From Smithellaceae bacterium (lineage in GTDB: Bacteria; Desulfobacterota; Syntrophia; Syntrophales; Smithellaceae), in NCBI GenBank assembly GCA_963667845.2, contig CAXXVL010000001.1:416001-480000 (forward strand): a stretch of DNA of 64,000 bases. Direction: 5' to 3'. Shown here piece after piece: positions 30,576 through 40,049 of the stretch. Made by a program: the position numbers and the translations under genes. The stretch's first letter is position 1. The number at the start of each line of letters is the position of its first letter. Under the pieces are notes generated by a model, which had not been told where the DNA came from, ran no database searches, and saw only the letters and a list, made by a program, of their open reading frames with translations.

Positions 30576-30977
30576 ATGAAAAAGACATTGAAAGAAAAAG
30601 CATTCCCGGTGTTTTTCGCAATAACGATCAGTATTCTCGGCTCGGGATTTTTCGATGCTGATGCTTTTGACAGAACGATTTGCAACAGCAATCACTCCGC
30701 ACTGATGATTGCCTGCCATAATCAAGCAGGCAATTATGGATGGGGCAGCGGAAGTGCAAAGCAATCATTCGATGGTGGCTGCGATCAGGCGGCAGTGACT
30801 ATTGTGAATCGGTGTTATAGTGAAACAGTTTGCGGCACATTCAGGTCATTTCTGAGTGATCTGGGAAGTTCGTGCAATTCCCTGGCGCATGCGGCAAAGA
30901 AAGACGGGTGTTATGAAATGCGCACCCAGTGGATCAATTTGTATGACGGGAAAAATTTCTCCCCTTGCGTGCAATAG
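30576..30977 (+). CDS. secreted 8-Cys hypothetical protein
   Basis: AAGGA RBS, signal peptide ending ADA, 8 Cys. Confidence 0.65.
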   Translation: MKKTLKEKAFPVFFAITISILGSGFFDADAFDRTICNSNHSALMIACHNQAGNYGWGSGSAKQSFDGGCDQAAVTIVNRCYSETVCGTFRSFLSDLGSSCNSLAHAAKKDGCYEMRTQWINLYDGKNFSPCVQ

Positions 30978-31137
30978 TAAAGGGTTTGTTTTTGCGCGTC
31001 ACTTGAAATACAATGCGCCGTGCGGCAGGAAAAGAAGACGGAAACTCAAAGCCGGAAGTGACTAAAAATCTAAACAGCCATTGACCCGGCAGTTCGCCCG
31101 GTCAATCCGTATGAACCATTTTAGAGCAAAGAAATCC

Positions 31138-31647
31138 ATGCTAAATAAATTCCAGTTCCGAATCGCATTATTGACAATCCTCATCGTCTCATTTCCCTTC
31201 ATTTGTTTCTCGGAAGAGCCCAATCCGAAAGTCTGGGAGCCGATGGGCCGTCAATTGTACTACAATAAAAAAATCATCACGGAATCATCGGGTCTGCTGC
31301 TGGTCTGGACATACAGGACCGTGACGAATGAAAACAGGGCAAAGAGAATCGAAGAAGTAAAGAAATACGATCCGGGAAAATCCATCGCCTATCAGAAATA
31401 TCACCATGAATGTTTCCTGTGGGAGATCGATTGCGGCAATAGAAGGATCAAAACGAAAGAGTACATCGATTTCGACACAGACGGAAAGGCGATTGACCGC
31501 TACCGGTACGATAACGGTGAATGGGAAAGCGTCATCGCCGGAAGCGGCGCGGAGCGGTTATATCAAAATGCCTGCAGTCCCCCCAAGCCCCAGAAGCCCC
31601 AGAAACAGAAACCGAAACCGAAGAAACCATCCGGAAAGAGGAAGTGA
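31138..31647 (+). CDS. surface-adhesin protein E-like exported protein
   Basis: Signal peptide; 'VW...LWEIDC..R....Y.DFD..G...WESV..GS..E.LY..AC'. Confidence 0.7.
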   Translation: MLNKFQFRIALLTILIVSFPFICFSEEPNPKVWEPMGRQLYYNKKIITESSGLLLVWTYRTVTNENRAKRIEEVKKYDPGKSIAYQKYHHECFLWEIDCGNRRIKTKEYIDFDTDGKAIDRYRYDNGEWESVIAGSGAERLYQNACSPPKPQKPQKQKPKPKKPSGKRK

Positions 31648-31700
31648 TTCCGGATTTCATTTGCCGGTATGACGAACTATTTGTTAAAACAGGAACAGGT

Positions 31701-32132
31701 ATGAAGAAGATCAGGTCAATTGTTTTGTCGTTTCTCATTTCCTTTTTATTTGCCGGCCCGGTGATGGCTTCGGATGATTGGGAGAAGAACTACACGGACG
31801 CAAACGGGGATGTTGTTTTATACAAGATAGAACGCAGAGACACGGATTCGGTCCAGGTTTGGGGGAAACGGATTTTTTCCGCTATCGGCAGGCAGGAGTT
31901 TCTCCGGGACAGGCAAGAGAATGGATTCTCAACAAAAGGATGGGAGACGCTCGGACATTTTACGTCTCTCTATGAGATCAATTGCCCGAAAAGATTGGGC
32001 CGGCTGTTATCCGTCGTCATTTACGATGCGGACGGCAAAATCGTCTATGCCGACTCTTTTGGCGAACCCGATTGGGATGAGATTCTTCCCAATACGGTTG
32101 GCGATACTCTGCAAAAGAAAGTCTGTAAATAA
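31701..32132 (+). CDS. surface-adhesin protein E-like exported protein (paralog)
   Basis: Signal peptide ending VMA; 'VQVW...LYEINC..R...YDADG...WDEILPNTVGDTLQKKVC'. Confidence 0.7.
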   Translation: MKKIRSIVLSFLISFLFAGPVMASDDWEKNYTDANGDVVLYKIERRDTDSVQVWGKRIFSAIGRQEFLRDRQENGFSTKGWETLGHFTSLYEINCPKRLGRLLSVVIYDADGKIVYADSFGEPDWDEILPNTVGDTLQKKVCK

Positions 32133-32205
32133 ATCAAAGATACAAATTGTTGTTTGTTTTTAGCGCTCATTTGAAATACAATACGTTTATATGAGGAGGA
32201 ATCTT

Positions 32206-33078
32206 ATGGATCAGCTAAGATCGTATCGTTCTTTCGTGAGTTACATCGACCGCAGCCGGGAGTATTATGCTGCGCAGGGCTATGAAAAACCCTATGCCTG
32301 GCCGCACTATGACCATGTTCCCTTTACACCCCTCCCCAAACAGCTTGACCAATGCCGTATCGGACTGGTCACGACCGCCGGCAAACCCAAGCCCGCAGGA
32401 CCGATGGCGGCCATATTGTATCGCCGGGAGATGTACGCCGAACCGGCCGTCCCGCCGCCTGCCGCGCTTTATACCGACGATCTGTTCTGGGATAAGCAGG
32501 CGACGCATACGAGGGATGTGGATAGCTTTCTTCCGTTGAACCGGTTAGCGGAGTATGCCCAAAGCGGCCGGATCGGATCGGCGTCGCCCCGGTTTTACGG
32601 CGTGCCCACCGATTACAGTCAGCCCAGGACTATTGATCTCTATGGCCCCCAGATCCTCAAATGGTGCCGCGAAGACGGAGTTGATGCGGTCGTCCTTTTT
32701 GCGCTTTGACCGGTTTGCCACCAGACCGTGAGTCTGGTCGCCCGTCACCTGGAAGCGGGAGGAATTGCGACCGTCGTGGTGGGCTCAGCGCGGGACATCG
32801 TCGAAGAGTGCGGGGTTGCAAGGTTTGTGTTTACCGATTTTCCGCTGGGGAATCCCTGCGGGAAACCGGGGGATGCCGGAATGCAGCGGTCGATCCTGGG
32901 AACCGCGCTTGATCTCCTTGCCGGGGCCTGGATGACGCGCACCACAATTCAGACGCCTTATCAGTGGCCAAGCGATGAATGGCGCGACGGCTTCATGAGA
33001 GTTGACGATTCCAATCGCGAGGCCCTGGCCCGTGCCGGACGGGAACGCCGCGAGTTGCAGGCCAAAATGAAGAAATAG
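32206..33078 (+). CDS. GrdB/PrdB-like selenoprotein B family protein (UGA at 32707-32709 read as Sec; UxxC motif)
   Basis: ORFs 32191-32709 and 32728-33078 are in frame. Read-through gives DGVDAVVLFAL-U-PVCHQTVSLVARHLEAGGIATV...DFPLGNPCGKP. N-half has 'PFTPL...RIGLVTTAG'. GAGGAGG RBS before 32206. Confidence 0.9.
32720..32738 (+). promoter_or_regulatory. bacterial SECIS-like hairpin
   Basis: ACCAGAC-cgtga-GTCTGGT is a perfect 7-bp stem. The loop G is at +19 from the UGA. Confidence 0.75.
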
Positions 33079-33372
33079 CTTTTCAGCGGTTTCCGATCCG
33101 GGCGATTCCGCCGGAATCGAATTTCGTCACCCCGGGCGGGCGAAGCGCGACCGGTATCCGGTATATTCATGACCACCGGATGCAAGCCGCGCCGACATGA
33201 CGGCCCCGATGAAGATTTGATTATCACACCAAGACGCCAGGTTCGGCCTGACGTTCGGGCAAGCTTCAAAGCAGCAACGGCTAAACGGCCGGGAATGTCA
33301 CGATCAGGATTCGTCAATACGTTACAAAGCCACTCGTCAGGAAAATGATTAAGCGACAGGAGGGATACAACG

Positions 33373-33867
33373 ATGAAGCGGTATCACGATACGGCACGGA
33401 AGGTTCTGTTATTTGTTCTGATCGGCCTAACCATTCTATTGATCAACACGGAGGTATGTATGGCAAAAGAATTTGATGCGTCTCTCAATGTCATGGGCTA
33501 CGACCGGAATGTCACCGTAAAAATCAACGGGGTTCAATTGAGCCGGATTACCGGCGGGCAGTCGCAATCCGCCAGACTTTTTCTCGCCGATGACCCCCTG
33601 CTGAAAACGCTGCCGCAGGAGAGGCAGGAAAAAATGAAAGAGCTTTTTTGTCTGAAGAAAGGCGAGAACATCATCGAGATCAGTTTCAGTGAAAAGGGCC
33701 AGCCCAAGTCGCCGTCGCAGTTTACCGTCAGCATCGATTCCAGCAACTACAAAGTGCCCGTGCTGAAATACGAGAAGGGACCCAATGTCAAGGAAGGAAA
33801 GACCAAAGGCATATTTACGATACTCATTGATCAGCCGGCGGGATTTAAAACGGTCATTCTGCAATAG
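33373..33867 (+). CDS. exported hypothetical protein
   Basis: GGAGG RBS, signal-like N-terminus, 'VKING...LKKGENIIEI'. Confidence 0.7.
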   Translation: MKRYHDTARKVLLFVLIGLTILLINTEVCMAKEFDASLNVMGYDRNVTVKINGVQLSRITGGQSQSARLFLADDPLLKTLPQERQEKMKELFCLKKGENIIEISFSEKGQPKSPSQFTVSIDSSNYKVPVLKYEKGPNVKEGKTKGIFTILIDQPAGFKTVILQ

Positions 33868-34011
33868 GAGTTCGTAAGCCCGCGCGTCCGCGGGAATCAC
33901 GGATACAGAGGGGCAGCGGCCCCTCTTTCCGATCGAGAATGAGCCGCTTGGCGCTCTCCTGATGTTTAACGGATCCAACTTACTCGTCGCGTTGATTCGG
34001 GGTGCAGGCAA

Positions 34012-35106
34012 ATGTTTGGAAAACTTCTGGCTTTCTTCTTTTCTTTTTTCGGGGTGATTCTGGCCATTCCGCTCATCGTGGCAATCGCCGTGCTCGCCTT
34101 TAAATTCGATCTGCGCTCCTTTATGACCCTGCATCCCCTCGGCTCCGCGATCATTGCCGCCGGGTATGCCTTCATCTGGGTCGTCGCGTTCTTCGCCCTG
34201 CAGGATTTTTTTATTGTCTGGAAGCCGGATGCGCGCACCGCTCCCGTCGGCAAAAAAGAATTGATCGATAAACTGGAGCGCTCTTTTAAGCGAGATTTTG
34301 AGGGGAAACCCCTTTTCGATGTTTTTCGTTCCGACGACGACCGGCTGGCCATCACGTGGTCGCAATCGATCAGCTATTTTCAGGTTACGGCGGGCGGCCG
34401 GATAGGAAAGAAGCGCGTTATCGTGCTCAGCTTCGACGAGCCCGGGCATGAGGCTTCTTTCATCATGAAAGAAAAGGACTGGCGATGGTCGCTCTCGGCG
34501 AAGCGCTTCGATTTTTCCATGAGCTATTCGGCGGGCATCTTTGCCGAAATTTCTACGGACGTCGCGCCCTCGGTGACCTTTGACAAAGACGGCGGCTTTT
34601 CCATCGATTTGAAAAAGCTGTCCTATGATTACCGGGATCTTTGGGTACCCATCGAGAAGACGCTGCTTGCAGCGGGCTGGACCATCCGGGGCGGCATGCT
34701 TCCCGGCTGGGGGTACCGGCTGGCGATCGCCGCACCGTTTGCTGTTTTAATGTTTGCGCTTTTTTTTCTTGTCCTGAGGAGCGCTCCCGCTCTGCCTGCT
34801 GCAGCGCCGGCAAACGCTCCCGCGAAAGAGACGGCAGCGGCCGATCGGGACTCCTATAAACGAAGTGAAGCCGAGCAGATTATTGCGTCGGGCAAACTGA
34901 AGTCGGCCTACCAGATTGAAATTGCGCTTGCCGGTTTGATGAAAGTGCCCAAAGATTATTTCGGCGACTATGAACACGCCTTTATCGCGTACGCCAGGGT
35001 TTATCAGGAAAAAGCGGACAAGAAGCCTGAATTCGTTGCCCGATTGGATGCATTTGCGAAGGATTACGGAGTCGACCCGAAGACTTACGAATCGCCGGGG
35101 AAATAG
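34012..35106 (+). CDS. hypothetical membrane protein
   Basis: 364-aa ORF with three hydrophobic segments and an Ala/Pro linker. Confidence 0.7.
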   Translation: MFGKLLAFFFSFFGVILAIPLIVAIAVLAFKFDLRSFMTLHPLGSAIIAAGYAFIWVVAFFALQDFFIVWKPDARTAPVGKKELIDKLERSFKRDFEGKPLFDVFRSDDDRLAITWSQSISYFQVTAGGRIGKKRVIVLSFDEPGHEASFIMKEKDWRWSLSAKRFDFSMSYSAGIFAEISTDVAPSVTFDKDGGFSIDLKKLSYDYRDLWVPIEKTLLAAGWTIRGGMLPGWGYRLAIAAPFAVLMFALFFLVLRSAPALPAAAPANAPAKETAAADRDSYKRSEAEQIIASGKLKSAYQIEIALAGLMKVPKDYFGDYEHAFIAYARVYQEKADKKPEFVARLDAFAKDYGVDPKTYESPGK

Positions 35107-35156
35107 CGCCATGAGTGAGGATTCGCCTTCTATCGAGGATAACCCGGGAGATTGCG

Positions 35157-35303
35157 CTATAGATCAATGTGCTGAAGTGTCTCTGCGGGAGGAGCCTGAA
35201 TATTCGCGGCACGTCTTGTTCGGAATGTGTCCGGCTGGAATGCGTTAAAGATGAGAAAAGCGGTAATCAACGCGACCAGGACGACACCTATGATTCGCAA
35301 CAT
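35157..35303 (-). pseudogene. truncated SRPBCC/polyketide-cyclase family gene (not in ORF track)
   Basis: GAGGA RBS; MLRIIGVVLVALITAFLIFNAFQPDTFRTRRAANIQAPPAETLQHIDL* resembles the N-terminus of membrane-anchored SRPBCC proteins, then a premature TAG. Confidence 0.6.
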
Positions 35304-35333
35304 ACTCTTTCCTCATCATCTCCATCGTTCCTG

Positions 35334-35426
35334 CACCTCGCAGCAAGCTGTCGAGGTATGAAATGGACGTCATTATTTCGCAGCATGCGACAGGGAATTT
35401 ACGCTCGTCCCCTGGTGAGCGGGATT
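35334..35426 (-). repeat. double-hairpin dispersed repeat copy
   Basis: Reverse complement aligns to 37580-37670 and 39908-39999. Confidence 0.9.
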
Positions 35427-35487
35427 CAAAATACATAAGCACGCCCCTCGCGGCACGTGCAGCATTCCGGGGAGAGACGGAAACTTT

Positions 35488-35817
35488 CTATCTTCCATCA
35501 TCGCGGCTCATCGAGTGTCCCGCTACAACGTCGTCGCCGGGCAGCATTTCTTCTTCGACGTCGCTCTTCATGTAATAGGGTTTCTTGCTGGTGCCATGGA
35601 CCGCTTTCTTTTCTATAAGCACTTCTTCGATAGGTTTATCTTCCTCGAATTCTTTCGCTTCCATTTTCGGCTCCTCGTTTTCATAGTCGCCGAGTTCCCA
35701 TATCATCTTGTCCAGGCCTTCATCGCAGACCCTGTCTTTTCCGCTTTCGAATTCCCTGATCTGATCATCAAGAAGCTGGTCCAGCGGTTTTACTTTGTCT
35801 GTGTCCTCGCATTCCAT
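35488..35817 (-). CDS. highly acidic hypothetical protein
   Basis: AAGGAGG RBS; D/E-rich, 109 aa. Confidence 0.7.
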   Translation of the reverse strand: MECEDTDKVKPLDQLLDDQIREFESGKDRVCDEGLDKMIWELGDYENEEPKMEAKEFEEDKPIEEVLIEKKAVHGTSKKPYYMKSDVEEEMLPGDDVVAGHSMSRDDGR

Positions 35818-36125
35818 AGCGTCCTCCTTTATCGATGCCGTTCGGTTCTTTGTTGACTAAAATGGGTGAAACCGCGGTTAAAATCAATGATGGGAAATAG
35901 TAAGCAGAATGGTGGGCAGAAACGATCAGGAAGCAGGCAAACCGGCAGTCGAATTTTAAGGGGGCTTCTGTCTATCAGAAGTAATATTGGTGCTGTAACT
36001 GATTTTTCAAAGGGAAATGATTCTATCTGATTCCGGCGGAGACCGGCCGCAGCGTCATCTATCGCGAATTTGTTTTCAAGCCGGACATGATCGCTGTTGA
36101 CGGTTGACGCGGCGTTTTCGCCTTC

Positions 36126-36482
36126 TCATGAGTTGAGCACATCCCTGGAGATGCGCCATTTGAGCGGGGATGCCGGATGCGAAGTCCCGGCTTCATCATC
36201 GAGAAGAAATTGACGATAGTGTGTGGAAATCCATTCCTTCATTCTAACATCCTGCAGGGTCCGTTCGTCTTTATTCTTGTCGAGATAATCGTCGATGACT
36301 TCTTCTTTGATGATGATCTCGATCTTTCGCGACCGTCTGTTTTGCTTGTGCAGATCGGTTTCCAGGTTCCAGTCAATTTGCATTAAATGATCGCTGCCCA
36401 CGACACGCGAAATAATCCAGGCGTTGGCCGGAAAAAGCGGTTTGATCATCCTGAGCCAGTAATCGAGTAAGTCTTCAGTCAT
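36126..36482 (-). CDS. hypothetical protein
   Basis: Overlaps the stop of the upstream gene (translational coupling). Confidence 0.65.
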   Translation of the reverse strand: MTEDLLDYWLRMIKPLFPANAWIISRVVGSDHLMQIDWNLETDLHKQNRRSRKIEIIIKEEVIDDYLDKNKDERTLQDVRMKEWISTHYRQFLLDDEAGTSHPASPLKWRISRDVLNS

Positions 36483-36780
36483 TGCCGATGATTTTCATTC
36501 TTTTAGACCACCCATTCTTATTCGTCGCGACATTTCTGCAGGCGGGATTATAATTCAGCGTGAAAGCAACCTTGCCCTGGAACTGCACATCCGGTTCCAG
36601 GCGATATCCCGTGATGGTGCCTCCGAAGAAAGAGGGTTCCCCTTGCTTTTTGTGAAAATAGATTTCACCGCCTACCAGCTCTCTGGCCTTGGCTTCAGCG
36701 ATCGTCCACCAGCCGCTTTCCCAATTGTTGTCGGGCAGTTTTACAAAATTATTTAACGGTTCAACCATGTGTATATTCAT
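36475..36780 (-). CDS. hypothetical protein
   Basis: GGAG RBS; globular-looking 101 aa. Confidence 0.7.
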   Translation of the reverse strand: MNIHMVEPLNNFVKLPDNNWESGWWTIAEAKARELVGGEIYFHKKQGEPSFFGGTITGYRLEPDVQFQGKVAFTLNYNPACRNVATNKNGWSKRMKIIGND

Positions 36781-36902
36781 TTTATTCCTCCATTTCCCTG
36801 AAAATGCAATCTGCCTGCAAGAGCGTCCGGATCAGATCAGCAAAAGATGTGATGTGAGTTTTTTAGAGATGTGTAAATCGGGACCAATATGCACGTCAGC
36901 AG

Positions 36903-36918
36903 GGCAAACATCATGCCT
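36903..36918 (-). promoter_or_regulatory. possible sigma-54 promoter
   Basis: AGGCAT-GATGT-TTGCC (GG-N10-GC). Confidence 0.4.
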
Positions 36919-37095
36919 TGGTGACACCATCACAGAAAAAGACCAATATGTCACGACTTATTTAAAGACCCGCCGCTTATTCCCAAAGAGAAACGGATGT
37001 TGCACCGGCCATAGGATTGTCAGCCGGGGATCAAAGGCGACGGATTCATGCCTCCCGGCCGAACGGGATACCCGTGTTACGGGGGGAACGCAGCA

Positions 37096-37545
37096 TCAGC
37101 CCCGGACGATGAGGACGGGAATGCTTTTATCGTTGTGGATGATGCCATAGGACACGCTGCCCAGGACGGTCGCGGATAAGGCGCTCCGCCCGCGGGAGCC
37201 CATGACAATAAGATCGGCCTTTGTTTTTCGGGCTTCTTTCAATATTTCCTCGACGGGGTATCCTATCCTGATGGAAAGCTTCACTGCAACTCCATTTTTG
37301 TCGCATAGCTTTTTCACTTCTTCAAGATATTCCCCGGCGACGGATTGCAGATAATCCTCAACAGGTTCCGTGATGTGTTTTGGCGTCTTTGCGGCGGGGA
37401 CCGTCTGTCCTGTGAAAAGGCGTTTGTCGATGACGCTTAAGGCAAAAACCTCCGCCCCCAGCTGCCTGGCAAGGTCAACGGCATAGGCGGCTGCTTTTTG
37501 AGATGTCTTTGATCCATCCGACGGTATAAGAATTGAAGAAATCAT
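37096..37545 (-). CDS. universal stress protein (UspA family)
   Basis: 'ILIPSDGS..S..A', 'ADLIVMGSRGRS....LGSVS...PVLIV'. Confidence 0.93.
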   Translation of the reverse strand: MISSILIPSDGSKTSQKAAAYAVDLARQLGAEVFALSVIDKRLFTGQTVPAAKTPKHITEPVEDYLQSVAGEYLEEVKKLCDKNGVAVKLSIRIGYPVEEILKEARKTKADLIVMGSRGRSALSATVLGSVSYGIIHNDKSIPVLIVRG

Positions 37546-37579
37546 GCGTCCTCCTTCGCGATCAAGTATTAGAATTTTA

Positions 37580-37670
37580 AATCCCGCTCACGCCCGACGA
37601 GCGTTAATTCCCTGTCGCTTGCCGCGGAATAATGACGTTCATTTCATACCTCGACAGCCTGCTGTGAGAT
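37580..37670 (+). repeat. double-hairpin dispersed repeat copy (between the USP promoter and gene)
   Basis: AATCCCGCTCACGCCCGACGAGCG...ATTTCATACCTCGACAGCCTGCTGTGAG. Confidence 0.9.
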
Positions 37671-37777
37671 TGTTGATTGATGGAAATGGCTGATTGACCG
37701 GGGCTTAATCCCGGCAACTTCCCGGAGCCGGTCCTGCTTCAAGCCGATCAGAGCCGTTATTACTTATTTATGGATAA

Positions 37778-37806
37778 ACTATAATGTTACGGCTTTCGGA
37801 TGTCAA
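37778..37806 (-). promoter_or_regulatory. sigma-70 promoter for the USP gene
   Basis: TTGACA-N17-TATAGT. Confidence 0.7.
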
Positions 37807-37898
37807 TTAGATAGTCGTCACGAAAGCGATTTCCCTGATCGGTCGGAACCGGGTGGCAGGGGACCTTCCGCAGAAAGTGGACCGGACCTGAATGCAGC

Positions 37899-38141
37899 TT
37901 AAGAATCTTTCATCCTTCTGCGGACTTCTACATAAAGCTCCGTCAGGCAACCGGCGACTGCCAGAAATAACATGCTCAGCATGAACCGGGGAGCAGATTC
38001 CAGCAGTTCATCCAGCAGATGGCCGATCCAGAGGAACAAAAAGGAAGCAGCCACCAGTGATAAACCCCACGCCGACAACATTGTGATTCCCCGAAAAGAG
38101 TTGAATTCTTCGTCACGAATTTTGCCCATCGTAAGCCGCAT
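37899..38141 (-). CDS. AtpZ/AtpI-family two-TM protein (stand-alone)
   Basis: 'G.SL.......WIGHLLDELL...PRFM...LFLAVAG' pattern; GGAGG RBS. Confidence 0.7.
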   Translation of the reverse strand: MRLTMGKIRDEEFNSFRGITMLSAWGLSLVAASFLFLWIGHLLDELLESAPRFMLSMLFLAVAGCLTELYVEVRRRMKDS

Positions 38142-38297
38142 GATTATTCCCTCCTTCGTAGTTCAGATTAATCTAATGAAATAATCATGCCAGAATATTG
38201 TGAACGGATCAGGGGAAAGGAGGATTTTAAGCTGCCGCAGCCGATTGTGCCGGCGGACAATCGGCCGGCGGCAACTTAAGATTCCTTGAGGGCGGAT

Positions 38298-39683
38298 TTA
38301 ATAAACAGTGAAATTCTCGCTTGCGACTTTGATGCCTTCTACATAAAGATCGACGCGATACGTGCCGGCAGTCCACGTATTATTGGCCGCTTCCCGCCAG
38401 CCATAGCCGCTGTTGCGATAAGAAGTCGTCCAGGTCGCCTCAATATAGGAATTTAAACTTCCCCGGAATATTTCCGTGCCCTGAGCATTGTACCAGATCG
38501 CGTCAACGACGAAATCTTTCTTTGTCCCCGGAGCCGGATGCGTGAGATTAAGTTCCCAGGCGATATAGCGGGAATTGGTTCTGGAAAAAGATGTTCGATA
38601 GACGCGCTGGTCTTTGGGGGTTGCATCATAGGGGCTTTCAAAAAATTTAACCTCAGACACGGTAGCATTCAAAGACGGAATGGACCTTGTTCCCCGGCCA
38701 CTGTCCACTTTGGGGATGCTGGCGATGCGAATTCTCTCTTCATCGAGCTTCCTCTTTTCTTCTTCCATCTTGCGCCGGGCTTCGGCCAGTGCGTTCTTTT
38801 CTTGAAGCAGTTCAGTTTCCCTCTTCAGCTTTTCTTTTTCTTCGGCCAGTTTTTGCCGCTCATCGGCGAATGCGGCGTCGTCGGCGTTTGTGTCCTGCTG
38901 CTGAACCTTCGTTTTTCCGGAATCATAGCCTTCCCGGAAATAGAAATCACCGCTCAGAGATGACAATTCCCAGGGGACCTGCTGCCCCTTGCTTTTGCTG
39001 GACAGGTCCTGGCGGACCCGTTTAAAGACATGTTCGATGGGCAGGCCGGGCGTGTTCATATGCTTGAGCAGCGATTCCGTGTAGGGGCTGTTGCGGCCCC
39101 TGCCGTCTGCGGCCACGTTGCCGGGGCTGGTGGAATAGGTGATGAATGTTCCCCGCGGTGCGGCGGAAATGATGCTGAGACCGCGGCTGGCTGAACGGAA
39201 GCTCCGGCCGAAGGGATTGTCCCGGCAGGCGTCCAGGATGACGATATTCATGCCGTTATTGGCGTTGCTCATTTCGTCAAGGATGCGGCCGGCATCAACT
39301 GCCCGGTATTTAAGGTCGGATTCTTTTTTAATTTTTGCTCCGATGGGGATGAGATAGTTGGCTCCATTGGCTTGGATGCCGTGACCGGCATAGAAGAAAA
39401 GACCCACACCGCCTCTTTTCAGACGGTTGCCGAAATCCTCAAAGGATTCTTCCATTACTTCCAGAGTGGCATTCTTCTTTAGAATAACGGTAAATCCCAT
39501 TCTTCTTAAGGAGGCCGCCATATCCGTCGCGTCATTAATGGGATTGGCAAGCGGCGCGGATTCGTAGCTGCCGTTGCCGATGACGAGGGCCACACGCTCG
39601 AGGGCACCGGCAGGCAACGCCGAGAGCATGATTAAAAGCATTATTGTTGTAACAGGGATCAGTATTCCGATTATTTTACGCAT
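38298..39683 (-). CDS. secreted caspase-like (peptidase C14) protein with coiled coil and C-terminal Ig-like domain
   Basis: Signal peptide; RVALVIGNGSY, LANPINDA, catalytic FFYAGHG and ILDACRDNPF, NSPYT, QQVPW. Confidence 0.9.
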   Translation of the reverse strand: MRKIIGILIPVTTIMLLIMLSALPAGALERVALVIGNGSYESAPLANPINDATDMAASLRRMGFTVILKKNATLEVMEESFEDFGNRLKRGGVGLFFYAGHGIQANGANYLIPIGAKIKKESDLKYRAVDAGRILDEMSNANNGMNIVILDACRDNPFGRSFRSASRGLSIISAAPRGTFITYSTSPGNVAADGRGRNSPYTESLLKHMNTPGLPIEHVFKRVRQDLSSKSKGQQVPWELSSLSGDFYFREGYDSGKTKVQQQDTNADDAAFADERQKLAEEKEKLKRETELLQEKNALAEARRKMEEEKRKLDEERIRIASIPKVDSGRGTRSIPSLNATVSEVKFFESPYDATPKDQRVYRTSFSRTNSRYIAWELNLTHPAPGTKKDFVVDAIWYNAQGTEIFRGSLNSYIEATWTTSYRNSGYGWREAANNTWTAGTYRVDLYVEGIKVASENFTVY

Positions 39684-39907
39684 AACTGTTTTTCTATCCT
39701 CCTCGAGGTTGCATTTTAAATCGATGCAGGCGCCGTGTCAATCACATATTCATTTGACCCAATAAGCCCGCGTGCGGCCTGGACATTTACCCTGAGACAT
39801 CTCACGAATGCCGGTGCTATTCCGGTGATCGGCCGTTCGCAGGCGCCCCCGACGGCGTATCCGGAACCGCCGCACGCGTCCGATCGCCACTCCAGCCGAC
39901 CCGTTTG

Positions 39908-39999
39908 AATCCCGCTCACGCAAGACGAGCGCTAATTCTCTGTCGCTTGCTGCGAAATAGTAACGTTCATTTCATACCTCAACAGCTTGCAGCGAGGTG
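39908..39999 (+). repeat. double-hairpin dispersed repeat copy, bounded by a GTTTGAATCC direct repeat
   Basis: GTTTGAATCC occurs at 39903-39912 and at 39999-40008. Confidence 0.9.
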
Positions 40000-40011
40000 T
40001 TTGAATCCGCT

Positions 40012-40049
40012 GCGACATTTCAGTCGCTCCCCGGTGACACAAGCGTCGC
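40012..40049 (+). promoter_or_regulatory. tandem palindromes, candidate enhancer (UAS) for a sigma-54 activator
   Basis: GCGAC-N6-GTCGC (40012-40027) and GTGAC-N6-GTCGC (40034-40049), 22-bp period. Confidence 0.55.

Noticed and set aside
22806..39999. The ~90-bp repeat as a riboswitch or CRISPR repeat
   Set aside because: It occurs in both orientations relative to transcription and between convergent genes. It is dispersed, with no spacers and no cas genes.
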